Shown one piece after another: positions 21,697-32,500 of a stretch of 42,981 bases of DNA. The stretch covers positions 22,082,390 through 22,125,370 of the forward strand of contig NC_068988.1 in NCBI RefSeq assembly GCF_001194135.2. The letters are read 5' to 3'. Under the pieces are notes generated by a model that ran no database searches, was not told the origin of the DNA, and was given only the letters and a program-made list of their open reading frames with translations. Made by a program: the position numbers and the translations under genes. This DNA comes from Octopus bimaculoides. Lineage: Eukaryota. Numbering within the stretch: position 1 is the stretch's first letter; each line of letters begins with the position of its first letter.

Positions 21697-24059
21697 AATT
21701 TACAAGTTTTTACGAGTTGTATTTTATGTTTACGAGTGTTCTTCCAGAAACGAATTAACTTGTTTATTGAAGTATTACTGTATTTGTGTTTTAACACAAA
21801 ATACACCAAAATACGAGTGTGCAAAATACAGTTCGGTGCTTTTCATACATAAATTAGAGGAAGGTAAACAAATGGAAACAAACGAATTGGAAAACAGGAA
21901 CAAAAAATGTCTTCAGATATTATATCTTTGTGTAGCGATTAGTTTTGTTGTATATAGGACTTTATTGTCCACATGTCGAACACAGCAAGAGCTTAGTTCG
22001 CGTATTCAAAATATCCTAGTCTTATAAGAAACCTTTTGACTACTTGAAAAGAGCCGCCATCATAGTTTGCTTGCACCCGCTCATACAGGCTTACAATATA
22101 TAACGTTAGTTAATGCTCATATTCACATACACACACACACATACACACACTCAGGCACACACGCGCGCGCACATGATTGTTGAACTATTCTTTCATGCGA
22201 ACATGAAAATAAATTTTATTTCAGTCATAGATTCTCACTCGCGCGCGAGCTCTTTCATGCATTTTTGTGTTTGTGTGTCAATGTACGTTTCTACGTATAA
22301 GCATATTATATATGCTTCTCTGTCTCTCTGTCTCTCTGTCTCTCTCTCTCTGTATATATATATATATATATATATATAAATTAATTTACGAAGGTGTCAT
22401 TATTTCTATTATTATCCAATGTAACTATTTTAAGAATGATAATNNNNNNNNNNNNNNNNNNNNNNNNNNNNNNNNNNNNNNNNNNNNNNNNNNNNNNNNN
22501 NNNNNNNNNNNNNNNNNNNNNNNNNNNNNNNNNNNNNNNNNNNNNNNNNNNNNNNNNNNNNNNNNNNNNNNNNNNNNNNNNNNNNNNNNNNNNNNNNNNN
22601 NNNNNNNNNNNNNNNNNNNNNNNNNNNNNNNNNNNNNNNNNNNNNNNNNNNNNNNNNNNNNNNNNNNNNNNNNNNNNNNNNNNNNNNNNNNNNNNNNNNN
22701 NNNNNNNNNNNNNNNNNNNNNNNNNNNNNNNNNNNNNNNNNNNNNNNNNNNNNNNNNNNNNNNNNNNNNNNNNNNNNNNNNNNNNNNNNNNNNNNNNNNN
22801 NNNNNNNNNNNNNNNNNNNNNNNNNNNNNNNNNNNNNNNNNNNNNNNNNNNNNNNNNNNNNNNNNNNNNNNNNNNNNNNNNNNNNNNNNNNNNNNNNNNN
22901 NNNNNNNNNNNNNNNNNNNNNNNNNNNNNNNNNNNNNNNNNNNNNNNNNNNNNNNNNNNNNNNNNTTTTTCAGTTTCTACCGAAATCAAGTTGGTGGAAA
23001 AGTAAATGAACTCAAAACGGGTATTCAACGATGAATAAAAATTTGTAAACATTTCTATAGAAAAACTTTTTATATATCACAAAGAAAAAAAAATATGTAA
23101 CAAGCGTTCAGTTATAAATTTACCAAAATACACATACTTATAAAGATTAATAAAAGAAGCGATGAATAATATCCTCCTATAAATTACTCTAAAATTGTTT
23201 TGTTTGTCGGTGAATGTAAATGATAGAATGAACAACAAAAATAAAACTTATCTCGTATATCAAGCTATATTTGTCTCTGGCAGTAAGAAATAATTTTAAC
23301 AATATATATACTTAACAATACATATAATGTATATATTGAAACTAAGGTGGTTTGGTTTGTGAAGTGGGGGAGTTTCTTGAATGTGTTGTGAAATTACAAA
23401 GAAAATGTTATAAAAGCTTGTTTTTGTGAATTTTACGTTGGTAGGACCTGGCAATGGCCAAGAAGTGGTTTAGTGTTGGCACGCATTGTTTGAAGAGTTG
23501 TGGTGTGTTATAAATACGGGAAGTGTGAAAAATTGGTAAAAGCTGGAGATTAAAATAGGATTAAGTGTTAGCTTTCAAAAAATGTAATATAGAATAACAG
23601 AAAAAAAAAAGGGCTGGAAGGGGAGAAGGAAGTTTCTCTCAGGAAAAGAAACGGACTACTGGGATGATGCGGGAGAGACAATAATTGAATATAAGAACAA
23701 ATGAGTTATGGATGCAAGGATGCTTCAGTATAAATATTTATTCATTAGAAACGTTCTTCATTTGCACAAATATATCTTTCAGAATTTACACTTATTACAC
23801 GAAACGCGTACGTACAAAAAGCGCACATCCATTTGCAAACATATAAAACGACATGCACGAATACATTTATTTAGATATACGTACAGATACATATACATAG
23901 ACAGAGAGGCACATATATATTTGCTTTATTCATTCTACTAACTTCGTATAATTTTCCAAGTCCATCGCACATCGTTTTCCCAAAGAATTTGTTTGAAGAA
24001 ATAGGTAATTACACCATTGAAGATCAACTTTTGCCATCTAAATTAAACAGGAGCCGTTA

Positions 24060-24275
24060 TGAGGGAGTTTTGAAACGTTCCTGACTTGGGGTAAAATAAA
24101 ATACAGGAGGATCAGTAAATTATGATTTTATTCAACAGATTACGCTCTCATATCCACACACTTATTGCAGCGGTCCTTCAGTTTTTCTAAGCTCTTTAAA
24201 AGAACTCGGAAGGTTGAACCTTTAACCAGGCCTTTCAGGATATCCTTGTAGTCAGGAACGTTCAGTACCTCCTCG
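24060..24275. mobile_element. Mariner-type MITE, 216 bp, TA target duplication
   Basis: TA|TGAGGGAGTTTTGAAACGTTCCTGACT at the left; reverse complement of the right end is TA|CGAGGAGGTACTGAACGTTCCTGACT. Confidence 0.85.
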
Positions 24276-24411
24276 TATATTCACTTTTTAGTTATTCTGC
24301 GAGATGTGAAAACTTGTGTCGCTCGAGCGCGGCATGGTTAGAGACAGTTCCAAATTAACCTCTGGTCGCAGATCAAACCAGTTGGCTGATCTTTATATTC
24401 CTGAATGTAGT

Positions 24412-24577
24412 AAGCACAGGCTGTGTGGTAGAGAACCTCACTTGCAATCACGTGATTTCGAGTGCAGACCCAGTGCCTGGCACCTTGGACAAGTGTCTTC
24501 TACTAAAGCTCCAGGCTGGTCAATACATGTAAGGGAACGTAGCTGAGGAAAACTCCAAGAAAGCCCGCTGTATATAC
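24412..24577 (+). mobile_element. SINE family A, 5' half only (old)
   Basis: GGCTGTGTGGTAG..CACCTTGGACAAGTGTCTTCTACTA..AAGCCCGCTGTATATAC; stops exactly at the internal microsatellite position. Confidence 0.8.
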
Positions 24578-24798
24578 GTCACGCAGCAGCATCCGTAGCA
24601 GACTGTAGAAAGGAGAGTAAGTCGCCTTTCGTGTCCGTAGACTGGGATGGCATCTTGGGCAGTGCTAGGATCCGCTTACATTCCCATACCAGGAATACAG
24701 TGAAGACGTCAGCAACAGGACTCTGGAGTCTTAGACCAACGGCTTGAGAGTTATTGTGGCCAAACGGCAATTCTCTCACATTTGGAGAATTTTGGAGA

Positions 24799-25310
24799 TC
24801 ACTGTAAAGCAGGAGAATGAACAATTTCTTGGTCTTGCCATTTGGTGTGAGTATGAAGAGATTGTTGCCATTTCCAACACTGGAACAACCAATATAAATA
24901 AACCTGGCCATTAGAAAACCACTGCTGCATGAGGTCCAACAATTTTGAGTCCAACAATTTTGAGTGATTGTCCTTCACTCTTGTTAATTAACATTGCAAA
25001 ATGAACTCTTACTGAAAATTGAAGTCTCTTAAATTTACAGGGCGTGTCTGCTGGAATCAGTGGAATTCTTGAAATAAACACATTTCTCCATTTCCGTGTC
25101 CAGTGAGGATTGTTGCTTCCAAATGATGTGGATGCATTTGTCTGACAATCAGTCTTGTTCCATTGCACAGCTTTGGTGGTGGTGGTGGTGGTGGTGGTGG
25201 TGGTGAGGAATCCAAATTTCTCATAAGTATGATTGGAACTCCTTTCTTCAATATAATCTGCGAGAAGGCATTGTAGGAGGATCCAAAGAGTTTAGAAACT
25301 CAGTAGTTAT
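24799..25310 (-). pseudogene. Helitron RepHel Pif1-like helicase, C-terminal fragment
   Basis: Across frames: TEFLNSLDPPTMPSRRL/LKKGVPIILMRNLDSS(P)10KLCNGTRLIVRQM..LEATILTG; VFISRIPLIPADTPCKFKRLQFSVRVHFAMLINKSEGQSLKIVG; GQVYIGCSSVGNGNNLFILTPNGKTK/IVHSPALQ* (TGA 24799-24801). Confidence 0.93.
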
Positions 25311-25321
25311 TATTATAGAAG

Positions 25322-25540
25322 ATACATATGGCGACTTTGTGTCTGTCTTTGTCCCTCACCTCTGATTGGTAACTGGTATTGGTGTGTGTACGTTCATGTA
25401 ACTTAGCGGTTCAGTAAAAGGGCAATAAAAAAAGTACTAAGCAGTAAAAAGAAAGAACTGGTGTCAATTTGTTCGAACAAAATTCTTCAAGGTGATGCTC
25501 CAGCATGGTCGCAGTCAGATGACTGAAAACGATAAAAGAG
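25322..25540 (+). mobile_element. SINE family A, 3' half only (old)
   Basis: TTTGTGTCTGTCTTTGTCCC..GTAACTTAGCGGTTC..GCTCCAGCATGGTCGCAGTCAGATGACTGAAA; begins at the internal microsatellite position. Confidence 0.8.
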
Positions 25541-25614
25541 CCACTAAATTCCTAAGTAAAACTTTAAGCTAAGGGAGGTAACTCTTGTTCACCTACAGCA
25601 GTAATACTATGCGC

Positions 25615-25740
25615 TTTGAAACCTCTCGCGGTCGCTTTATCTGCTAGAAATAGCAACCCAAATGCTTTTAAATCAGATCTTAATGCTAGATGTTCAAAAA
25701 CCAAATGAAGGACAGATTTTCAATCCAGGGATCATTCTGA
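25615..25740 (+). mobile_element. Family D fragment
   Basis: CTGCTAGAAATAGCAACCCAAAT..AAATGAAGGACA motif. Confidence 0.6.
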
Positions 25741-25878
25741 TTCCAAAAATGTATAATATATTATTAATAGAGATGTATATTGTATGTTTGTTTACTTTCA
25801 TCGTAAGTTGAAGTTAACGTTAGTGTCTTATCAAGTTAAATTTATAAGTTCTAAAATTTGCAGAAGCATTCGTTACTG

Positions 25879-25950
25879 GGCAGTTTAGCTTAATGGAAAA
25901 GCACTTGACGCATAATCACAGCGATGTAAGTTCCAGTCTCATGGCTGGCC
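25879..25950 (+). pseudogene. tRNA-shaped pseudogene or tRNA-derived element, anticodon CAT (Met-like)
   Basis: Exact cloverleaf spacing: acceptor GGCAGTT/GGCTGGC (6/7 incl. G-U); TA at 8-9; D stem GCTT/AAGC (4/4) with loop AATGGAA; anticodon stem 3/5 with loop CG-CAT-AA; 5-nt variable loop; T stem 4/5 with loop TTCCAGT. U33 and G57 are mutated. A T7 run follows at 25960-25966. Confidence 0.6.
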
Positions 25951-26456
25951 GGTAACGTATTTTTTTGCAATGCATGGTTAATTTATCCTTATCACGCTAT
26001 TTATTAGCATTATCACGCGTTTGAGAATGAAAAAAAAATATTTATGTATTTTTCAATACATCTCAACGCTTCTAAAACAAACTTTGTTTACTTTCATCGT
26101 TATATATATGTGTGTGTTTGAGGAAATCAGAGCTGATGAGTGAGGTATTGATTGAGTGAGAAAATATATTAGACGACGGGTAGTGTGCAAATAGATTAGT
26201 AGAGGTGCTGGTGATCTATTAGGACGGATACGGAACGGGGTAGAAAGAACGGTAGTCTGGATGCCAAGGTGAGAAGTATAAATGAGAATAGGTTCAATAA
26301 CCGGAGAAGAATGCGTTGAACTGAAGAAAAGTATTCGGCAAATAGGTGGAGCGATGTGCTGATAGAGGCAACGACATTATACGAACTCAATTACACACAT
26401 AAACTATATACATATAATTATAAATGTTATTATGTATATTGATATGCATGTATTAA

Positions 26457-26678
26457 GGTGGCAAGCTAGCAGAATCTTAAACACGCCGGGCAAAATGCTC
26501 AATGACATTTCACCCGTCTCTTCGCGTTCTGACTTTAAATTCTGCTGAGGTCGGTTTTACTTTTCAATCCATTCGGGGTCGATAAAATAGGTAGTAGTTG
26601 AGAACTATGAGTCGATGTAATCGACTTAGACTCTCCCACCAAATTGCTGGCCTTGTACCAATATTTGAAACCAATATT
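26457..26678 (+). mobile_element. SINE family B, full-length, with degenerate 20-bp TSD
   Basis: Head-to-tail match. TATTGATATGCATGTATTAA (26437-26456) versus TACTAATATCTATGTATTAA (26681-26700), 16/20 identical. Confidence 0.88.
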
Positions 26679-26700
26679 TATACTAATATCTATGTATTAA

Positions 26701-26832
26701 GACGGTGATCTGGCAGCATCGAAAGAAGCCCGGTTAAAATGTTTAGCGGCATTTCGTCCGTTTTTCCACGTTCTGACTTCAAATTCTGCCGGGGTCAGCG
26801 CAACTTTTTATCCTTTCAGGCTCGATAAAAGA
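26701..26832 (+). mobile_element. SINE family B, second tandem copy (5' part)
   Basis: GACGGTGATCTGGCAGCATCG..TTAGCGGCATTTCGTCCG..TTCAAATTCTGCCG; ends near a gap. Confidence 0.85.
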
Positions 26833-27336
26833 GTAATATACACATGCTATATATATGNNNNNNNNNNNNNNNNNNNNNNNNNNNNNNNNNNNNNNNNNNN
26901 NNNNNNNNNNNNNNNNNNNNNNNNNNNNNNNNNNNNNNNNNNNNNNNNNNNNNNNNNNNNNNNNNNNNNNNNNNNNNNNNNNNNNNNNNNNNNNNNNNNN
27001 NNNNNNNNNNNNNNNNNNNNNNNNNNNNNNNNNNNNNNNNNNNNNNNNNNNNNNNNNNNNNNNNNNNNNNNNNNNNNNNNNNNNNNNNNNNNNNNNNNNN
27101 NNNNNNNNNNNNNNNNNNNNNNNNNNNNNNNNNNNNNNNNNNNNNNNNNNNNNNNNNNNNNNNNNNNNNNNNNNNNNNNNNNNNNNNNNNNNNNNNNNNN
27201 NNNNNNNNNNNNNNNNNNNNNNNNNNNNNNNNNNNNNNNNNNNNNNNNNNNNNNNNNNNNNNNNNNNNNNNNNNNNNNNNNNNNNNNNNNNNNNNNNNNN
27301 NNNNNNNNNNNNNNNNNNNNNNNNNNNNNNNNNNNN

Positions 27337-27372
27337 GGAAGCAAGCTTCTTACCACGCAGTCACGCCTGCGC
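27337..27372 (-). mobile_element. SINE family A head; remainder probably in gap 26858-27336
   Basis: Reverse complement GGCGCAGGCGTGACTGCGTGGTAGAAGCTTGCTTCC. Confidence 0.75.
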
Positions 27373-29082
27373 CTGCTAATATATTTTTATTATTCCGGCG
27401 TGTGTAATTATTTCTCTATTTGTATGTGTCGTGCGTAGCCATTTTTTAAATATATATATATTTGTATGTGTATATATCTTTGTATATTTGTGTTTGCAGA
27501 TTATTCTGACGTTGATTGCTGTACAAGAATCCATTGAAATACTTTGATATACAAAAAAACAGCACGTTTAAACGCTTTCCACAACAACCTAATCATTATC
27601 AGCGTCAGCAATACGGCCATTAGCACTATCACCATCACAACTACCATTAAAGACGTTGCGCTGTGTCTTCTGCTTTCATAGATACAACTAGCGCATCCAC
27701 CACCATTATCACCAATAAGAAACTGAATCGTAGCTACCGTAAATATCTCTACCTGCTCATTAAACTGCTTAAATAAACAACGAGGTTGCAAAACCCTAGA
27801 GGAGACCATAAACAAACAAACAAACAAGCAAACAAACACCGAATTGATAAATAAATAAATAAACAGCAAGAAATCTAGAACATCATCAAGGAACAAGCAA
27901 ACTAATAACAAGAATAACTACGACAACAACAACATTAAAATTGATAACAACATAAAACAAAGACCTCGTTTTGGGCATTAACAAGTATGATAAAAGGATT
28001 AAGATTAAACTACTTAAACACAATATATATTACATACACAATATATATATATCTCCATACACCCCTCCGCTCGAATACACACACACATACACATACACAT
28101 GTATGTGTGTATGTATATGTATATANNNNNNNNNNNNNNNNNNNNNNNNNNNNNNNNNNNNNNNNNNNNNNNNNNNNNNNNNNNNNNNNNNNNNNNNNNN
28201 NNNNNNNNNNNNNNNNNNNNNNNNNNNNNNNNNNNNNNNNNNNNNNNNNNNNNNNNNNNNNNNNNNNNGTTCAAATTCCACTGGGATTGACTTCACTTTT
28301 CATTCTCTTCACATTTCATAAACTTTCAAGAAGTTTATCAAATATATATGAGCATGCCTTGATATGCAACTATATGCATGAGAAAACATAAAACAAAACT
28401 TACAAATCTGCACGTATACATACACACAAAATTTCCCTACTGATGTTTAAATTCCAATGAAGGATCCCTGGATCAAAATCAAAAGCCGGCTCTTTTTCTA
28501 TTGGCAAGAAATCTTGAAATATAGCTGCATAATGACATATATGTATGTATGTATGATGCATGTCTCTTCTATTTTTTAATTATTATAAATCTTCAACTGA
28601 GGAGGAACCGGTTTCCAACATATATAGAATGTTACATCTTTGGGATCTAATTAACAGACAAGTTCACATTTGGAATTTGAGTAAAGTTTTGCATATTTTT
28701 ACAGTTCCACTCACAGATTGGACTTGTAATGTACGAATCAGCCGGTCAATATGTATGTATGTATGTAAGAAACGATTTAAAAATAATAATGATTACGTAT
28801 TATTCCTTTATTGGGGTAAATTTGGCTTACAACTGTTTCCACTACTCATTATAGGTACATTAATTACGATTTTCCTCAATTAGTCTACTGATCAGTTGAG
28901 GCGAATTGAACGATATGTGTACATATATATACACGACGGCTCACGAACTCATACACGCAGTCACGAATGTACACACTGGACTTGCGAGCCTACAGTAATA
29001 TTAGATTCGTGTGGAAGCCTTAATATATGTTTTTTCTGGTTGAAATATCATCCAAATCTTCGTCAAATCATATCTTACTCTT

Positions 29083-29316
29083 ATTTATTTATTTATTGCC
29101 CACAAGGGGCTAAACATAGAGGGGACAAACAAGGATAGACAAAGGGATTAAGACGATTACATCGACCCCAGTGCGTAACTGATACTTATTTAATCGACCC
29201 CGAAAGGATGAAAGGCTAAGTCGACCTCGGCGGAATTTGAACTCAGAACGTAATGGCAGACAAAAGACCACTAAGCATTTCGTCCGGCGTGCTAACGTTC
29301 CTGCCAACTCGCCGCC
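29083..29316 (-). mobile_element. SINE family B (alternative tail), young full-length copy
   Basis: Near-consensus GGCGGCGAGTTGGCAGGAACG..GAGTTCAAATTCCGCCGAGGTCGAC..CTGGGGTCGATGTAATCG; flanked by CATATCTT(A/T)CTCT. Confidence 0.95.
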
Positions 29317-30134
29317 TTTCATATCTTTCTCTCTTGATAAGATATATATCTTATCAAATCATATCTTACTCTCTTGATAAATTAACACAACACATCGTAT
29401 TATACACTGTCGTATTATATACTATCGTATTATATATTGTTTTCTGCACAAATGGAAAAAGCACGATGTTTACTGCTGGATTGATTTTGATCACAGTTAA
29501 GTTCAATTAGGTCTTACCTTGGGCTAAACTACAACAGAAGCAGCAATATCAAAGATCAACTTCGTGAAAAGAAAGACATCTTCAGCTCGTACAGTTACCC
29601 ATACATACACATACATACACATGTACATACACACACACAACACACACAATGTTTCACTCACACACACACTCACACAATATTTCACGCACCCACACACATA
29701 CACACACACACGCAAACACATAAAGTGTCTCACTTACACACACACGCTCGCAGTCATTCAGTTTCGCGTGCCTGCAGTCATCAAAATAACGTACACGCAA
29801 CCCTAACTGTACATTGGTCGTTAAAAACAACTTGATGATTCAAAGACCTTATATGAGTAATTCCTATTCTTATGGATGATTCATTCCTTCATTCATTCTT
29901 TTGTTCATTCATGCTTTCATTTGCAACTCATCGCCTTACAAGGACATTATATTTCTTAAGGGCATAACTCCTTTCATTCTTTCTCTACCACCACCTTATC
30001 CTACCTATCGCCCCTACTGTCTCCCATGAGTTTCCTTCCCCACCTCCAAGCTCCTCCTTTCGCAACCATATCACTTTGTTTTATATCAGCAATGTTTATT
30101 GAAATATCGGAAAAATGTCTTCAGTAATAATTTA

Positions 30135-30201
30135 AATAGACAGATAAACAGACAGCCAGACAGAAAGGCAGACAGGCTGATAGACAGACAGACAGACAAA
30201 C

Positions 30202-30253
<52 letters not shown>

Positions 30254-30315
30254 TCTTTTCTACTCTAAGCACAAGGCCCGAAAATAGATAGATTGATAGA
30301 TAAATAGATAAATAG
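30135..30315. repeat. (GACA)n/(GATA)n tract containing a short SINE B tail remnant (30255-30283)
   Basis: Seen directly; TTCTTTTCTACTCTAAGCACAAGGCCCGAAAA matches 8571-8600. Confidence 0.9.
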
Positions 30316-31076
30316 ATAGAAACATTCATATATACATACATATATACATATACATATGCATATATAGGCAGACATAAAAAAGGGTACGCAGCTGAATGTT
30401 TCTCAGAGGGCTACTTCGTCCTTAAAGTATGTATATATTTTTTCGCCGCCCGTCTCCTACCGTCCACATGCCGCCCGGTCACCTTCTTGGCGTGTTTCCT
30501 GCTGGGTCTCCACCGGATTTGTCAAAGTTACTTTACTTCTTTCTTTCTGAGTATAATCTTTATCTGTTCTTATAGACTGGAAGGAGTGAGAATGGGATGA
30601 AGAAGAAGAACAGAATGTGAAAGAGTAGGGGAGAGAGAGAGAGAGTAGGAGAAAGAGAGAGAGACAAAGACAGAGTAGGAGAGAGAGAAAAAGAAGAACG
30701 TGTGATGTATGTACATGTATTTATAACATATTTGTATATATATATGGTACACACACACACACACACACACGCGCGCACGCATAGAAACAGATGTATATAC
30801 ATATACTCATGTATGTGTCTGTACGTCTCTTTGTGTGGAAGACACACAGAGAAAAAGAGAGAAGAGAGAGAGAGAGAAAGTAAGAGGGAGAGACAGGGAG
30901 AGGGAGAGGGTAAGAGAATGTCAGTGTGTGAGTGACAGAGAGAGAGAAAGAGAGAGACAGAAAATGAGAGAGATGAAAGGAAAACGGAAGTTCTTATATG
31001 GTTAAGATGGCGGAAACTTGTATCTACGGATATCATTAGATGCAAGTTGTTTCTTCTACCGAGGTTATTGCCGTTT

Positions 31077-31091
31077 TTGTTGTTGTTGTTT

Positions 31092-31153
<62 letters not shown>

Positions 31154-31230
31154 CTTCTTCTTCTTCTTCTTCTTCTTCTTCTTCTTCTTCTTCTTCTTCT
31201 TCTTCTTCTTCTTCTTCTTCTTCTTCTTCT
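31077..31230. repeat. Compound (TTG)n(TTC)n trinucleotide repeat
   Basis: About 25 TTG units, then about 26 TTC units with a sharp junction near 31152. Confidence 0.97.
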
Positions 31231-31713
31231 CCTAGTTGTTGATGGTTGGTGTCAACAACAAGTCACTACGGGTCGCTCATATGTTCGTTCGTCTGTTTAT
31301 ATGTTCAAAAGTTGTTAATTGGAGAAATTTTGTTATATAACGTTTATATAAGTCAACCAAAATAAATGATTTTTTTACTTTTAATTCTTTATTCTCCTTA
31401 ATATATTTTTCGCTGCATCTCTTTTATTTTACGTCTGTTTTTATTGTTATAATATTTTTTAAATGACAGGCGACAAGATGTTTTCTCTCCATTCATCATA
31501 TATATTGAACGCTTACACGGAACTTGTTCTCTCATTTTTTGCCCTGCAGTCGACTTTACAATCAATCTCCTGCGACCACTTAATTATTTCTTATTCCCTC
31601 CCTCTCTTCGCTCTCACACTTCTTCTCCTTCCTCTTATCACTTCTACTCAATATGTCAAACCTCCACACTTTCTTCTTCCCGTCCTTCCACCTCCTTTTT
31701 ACTTTTTTGTTTT

Positions 31714-31749
31714 CTTTATGATGAAGGATTATCTTCCGAAACGTGAAAG
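31714..31749 (+). ncRNA. Degenerate minimal hammerhead-like fold (Penelope-type, family P3)
   Basis: CTTT ATGATGA A GGA-ttatct-TCC GAA ACGT G AAAG. Same architecture as P1, but C3 and position 17 are mutated. Confidence 0.5.
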
Positions 31750-32222
31750 GCCCCTTCCTTTTTCTCTCAAGCGTATTACTAATATCACCTTCGTTGAAAC
31801 TTGTCCAGTTTGTTATGGTTTTTCGTATTATTGCTCATTCCTTATAGCTCATAGGTAACATGCCTTAGGGAATTTAACATAATCCTTAGTTGATAAATGT
31901 CTACGCTCTAATGCCTGCAGCTGATAATCATTCATACATTTATGAGGCTGTAATAATTCTGGCTGAATGACTGTATTCCTACTTTCACTACCTCTGACAA
32001 TAGATGGGATACGATGAAATCTTCCTGATACTTCAAGAAATTGGATACTTTGGAGACCGATTTTTGTCTACCGATAGTTCAACTTGCCTGAGGAAATGAA
32101 AGGTAATTTAGCATGCAAAATATAGAAACCTTTGTAAAATCACATCATATTATGCAATACATTGCATGCAATGAAATACTATGCTAATGAAGTATTTGTA
32201 GTGTCAATTGAATTGTTGAAAT

Positions 32223-32410
32223 TTATCTCCATTCATTATATTTCTTGCCCACGTGACATGTGCAGTCAATTTTCTTACAGAGATTGCAGATGCAGAGTAC
32301 CTAACATCATTAAACAACTCGATATTTCCTCAATTACTCAATTGACTGGATGATATGATGAACTAGCAATATTCACAAGTGTTCCTGTTGAGTACCTCAA
32401 AAGCCTTGTA
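32223..32410 (+). pseudogene. Possible Penelope-type reverse transcriptase remnant (motif A region)
   Basis: LSPFIIFLAHVTCAVNFLTEI, then (other frame) IIKQLDISSITQLTG*YDELAIFTSVPVEYL, resembling PLE L.P....HV....F...I....SFDV.SLFTxVPV. Highly degraded. Confidence 0.35.
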
Positions 32411-32457
32411 CGCGTTGGTTTGGTGTGGAGTTGATAAGACGATTATTAAGATCTACA

Positions 32458-32500
<43 letters not shown>

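Noticed and set aside
22966-23700. Possible internal sequence of a non-autonomous Helitron
   Set aside because: Impression from recalled octopus repeats only; no terminus is visible in the window.
24690-24760. AVGLRLQSPV on the minus strand, resembling a second helicase motif
   Set aside because: It lies beyond the inferred stop codon, and the flanking residues do not fit; likely chance.
28440-28690. Partial inverted similarity and CTGAGGA-GGAA..TTCC hammerhead-like trace (28608)
   Set aside because: GAAA and the stems are missing; the arms align too poorly.
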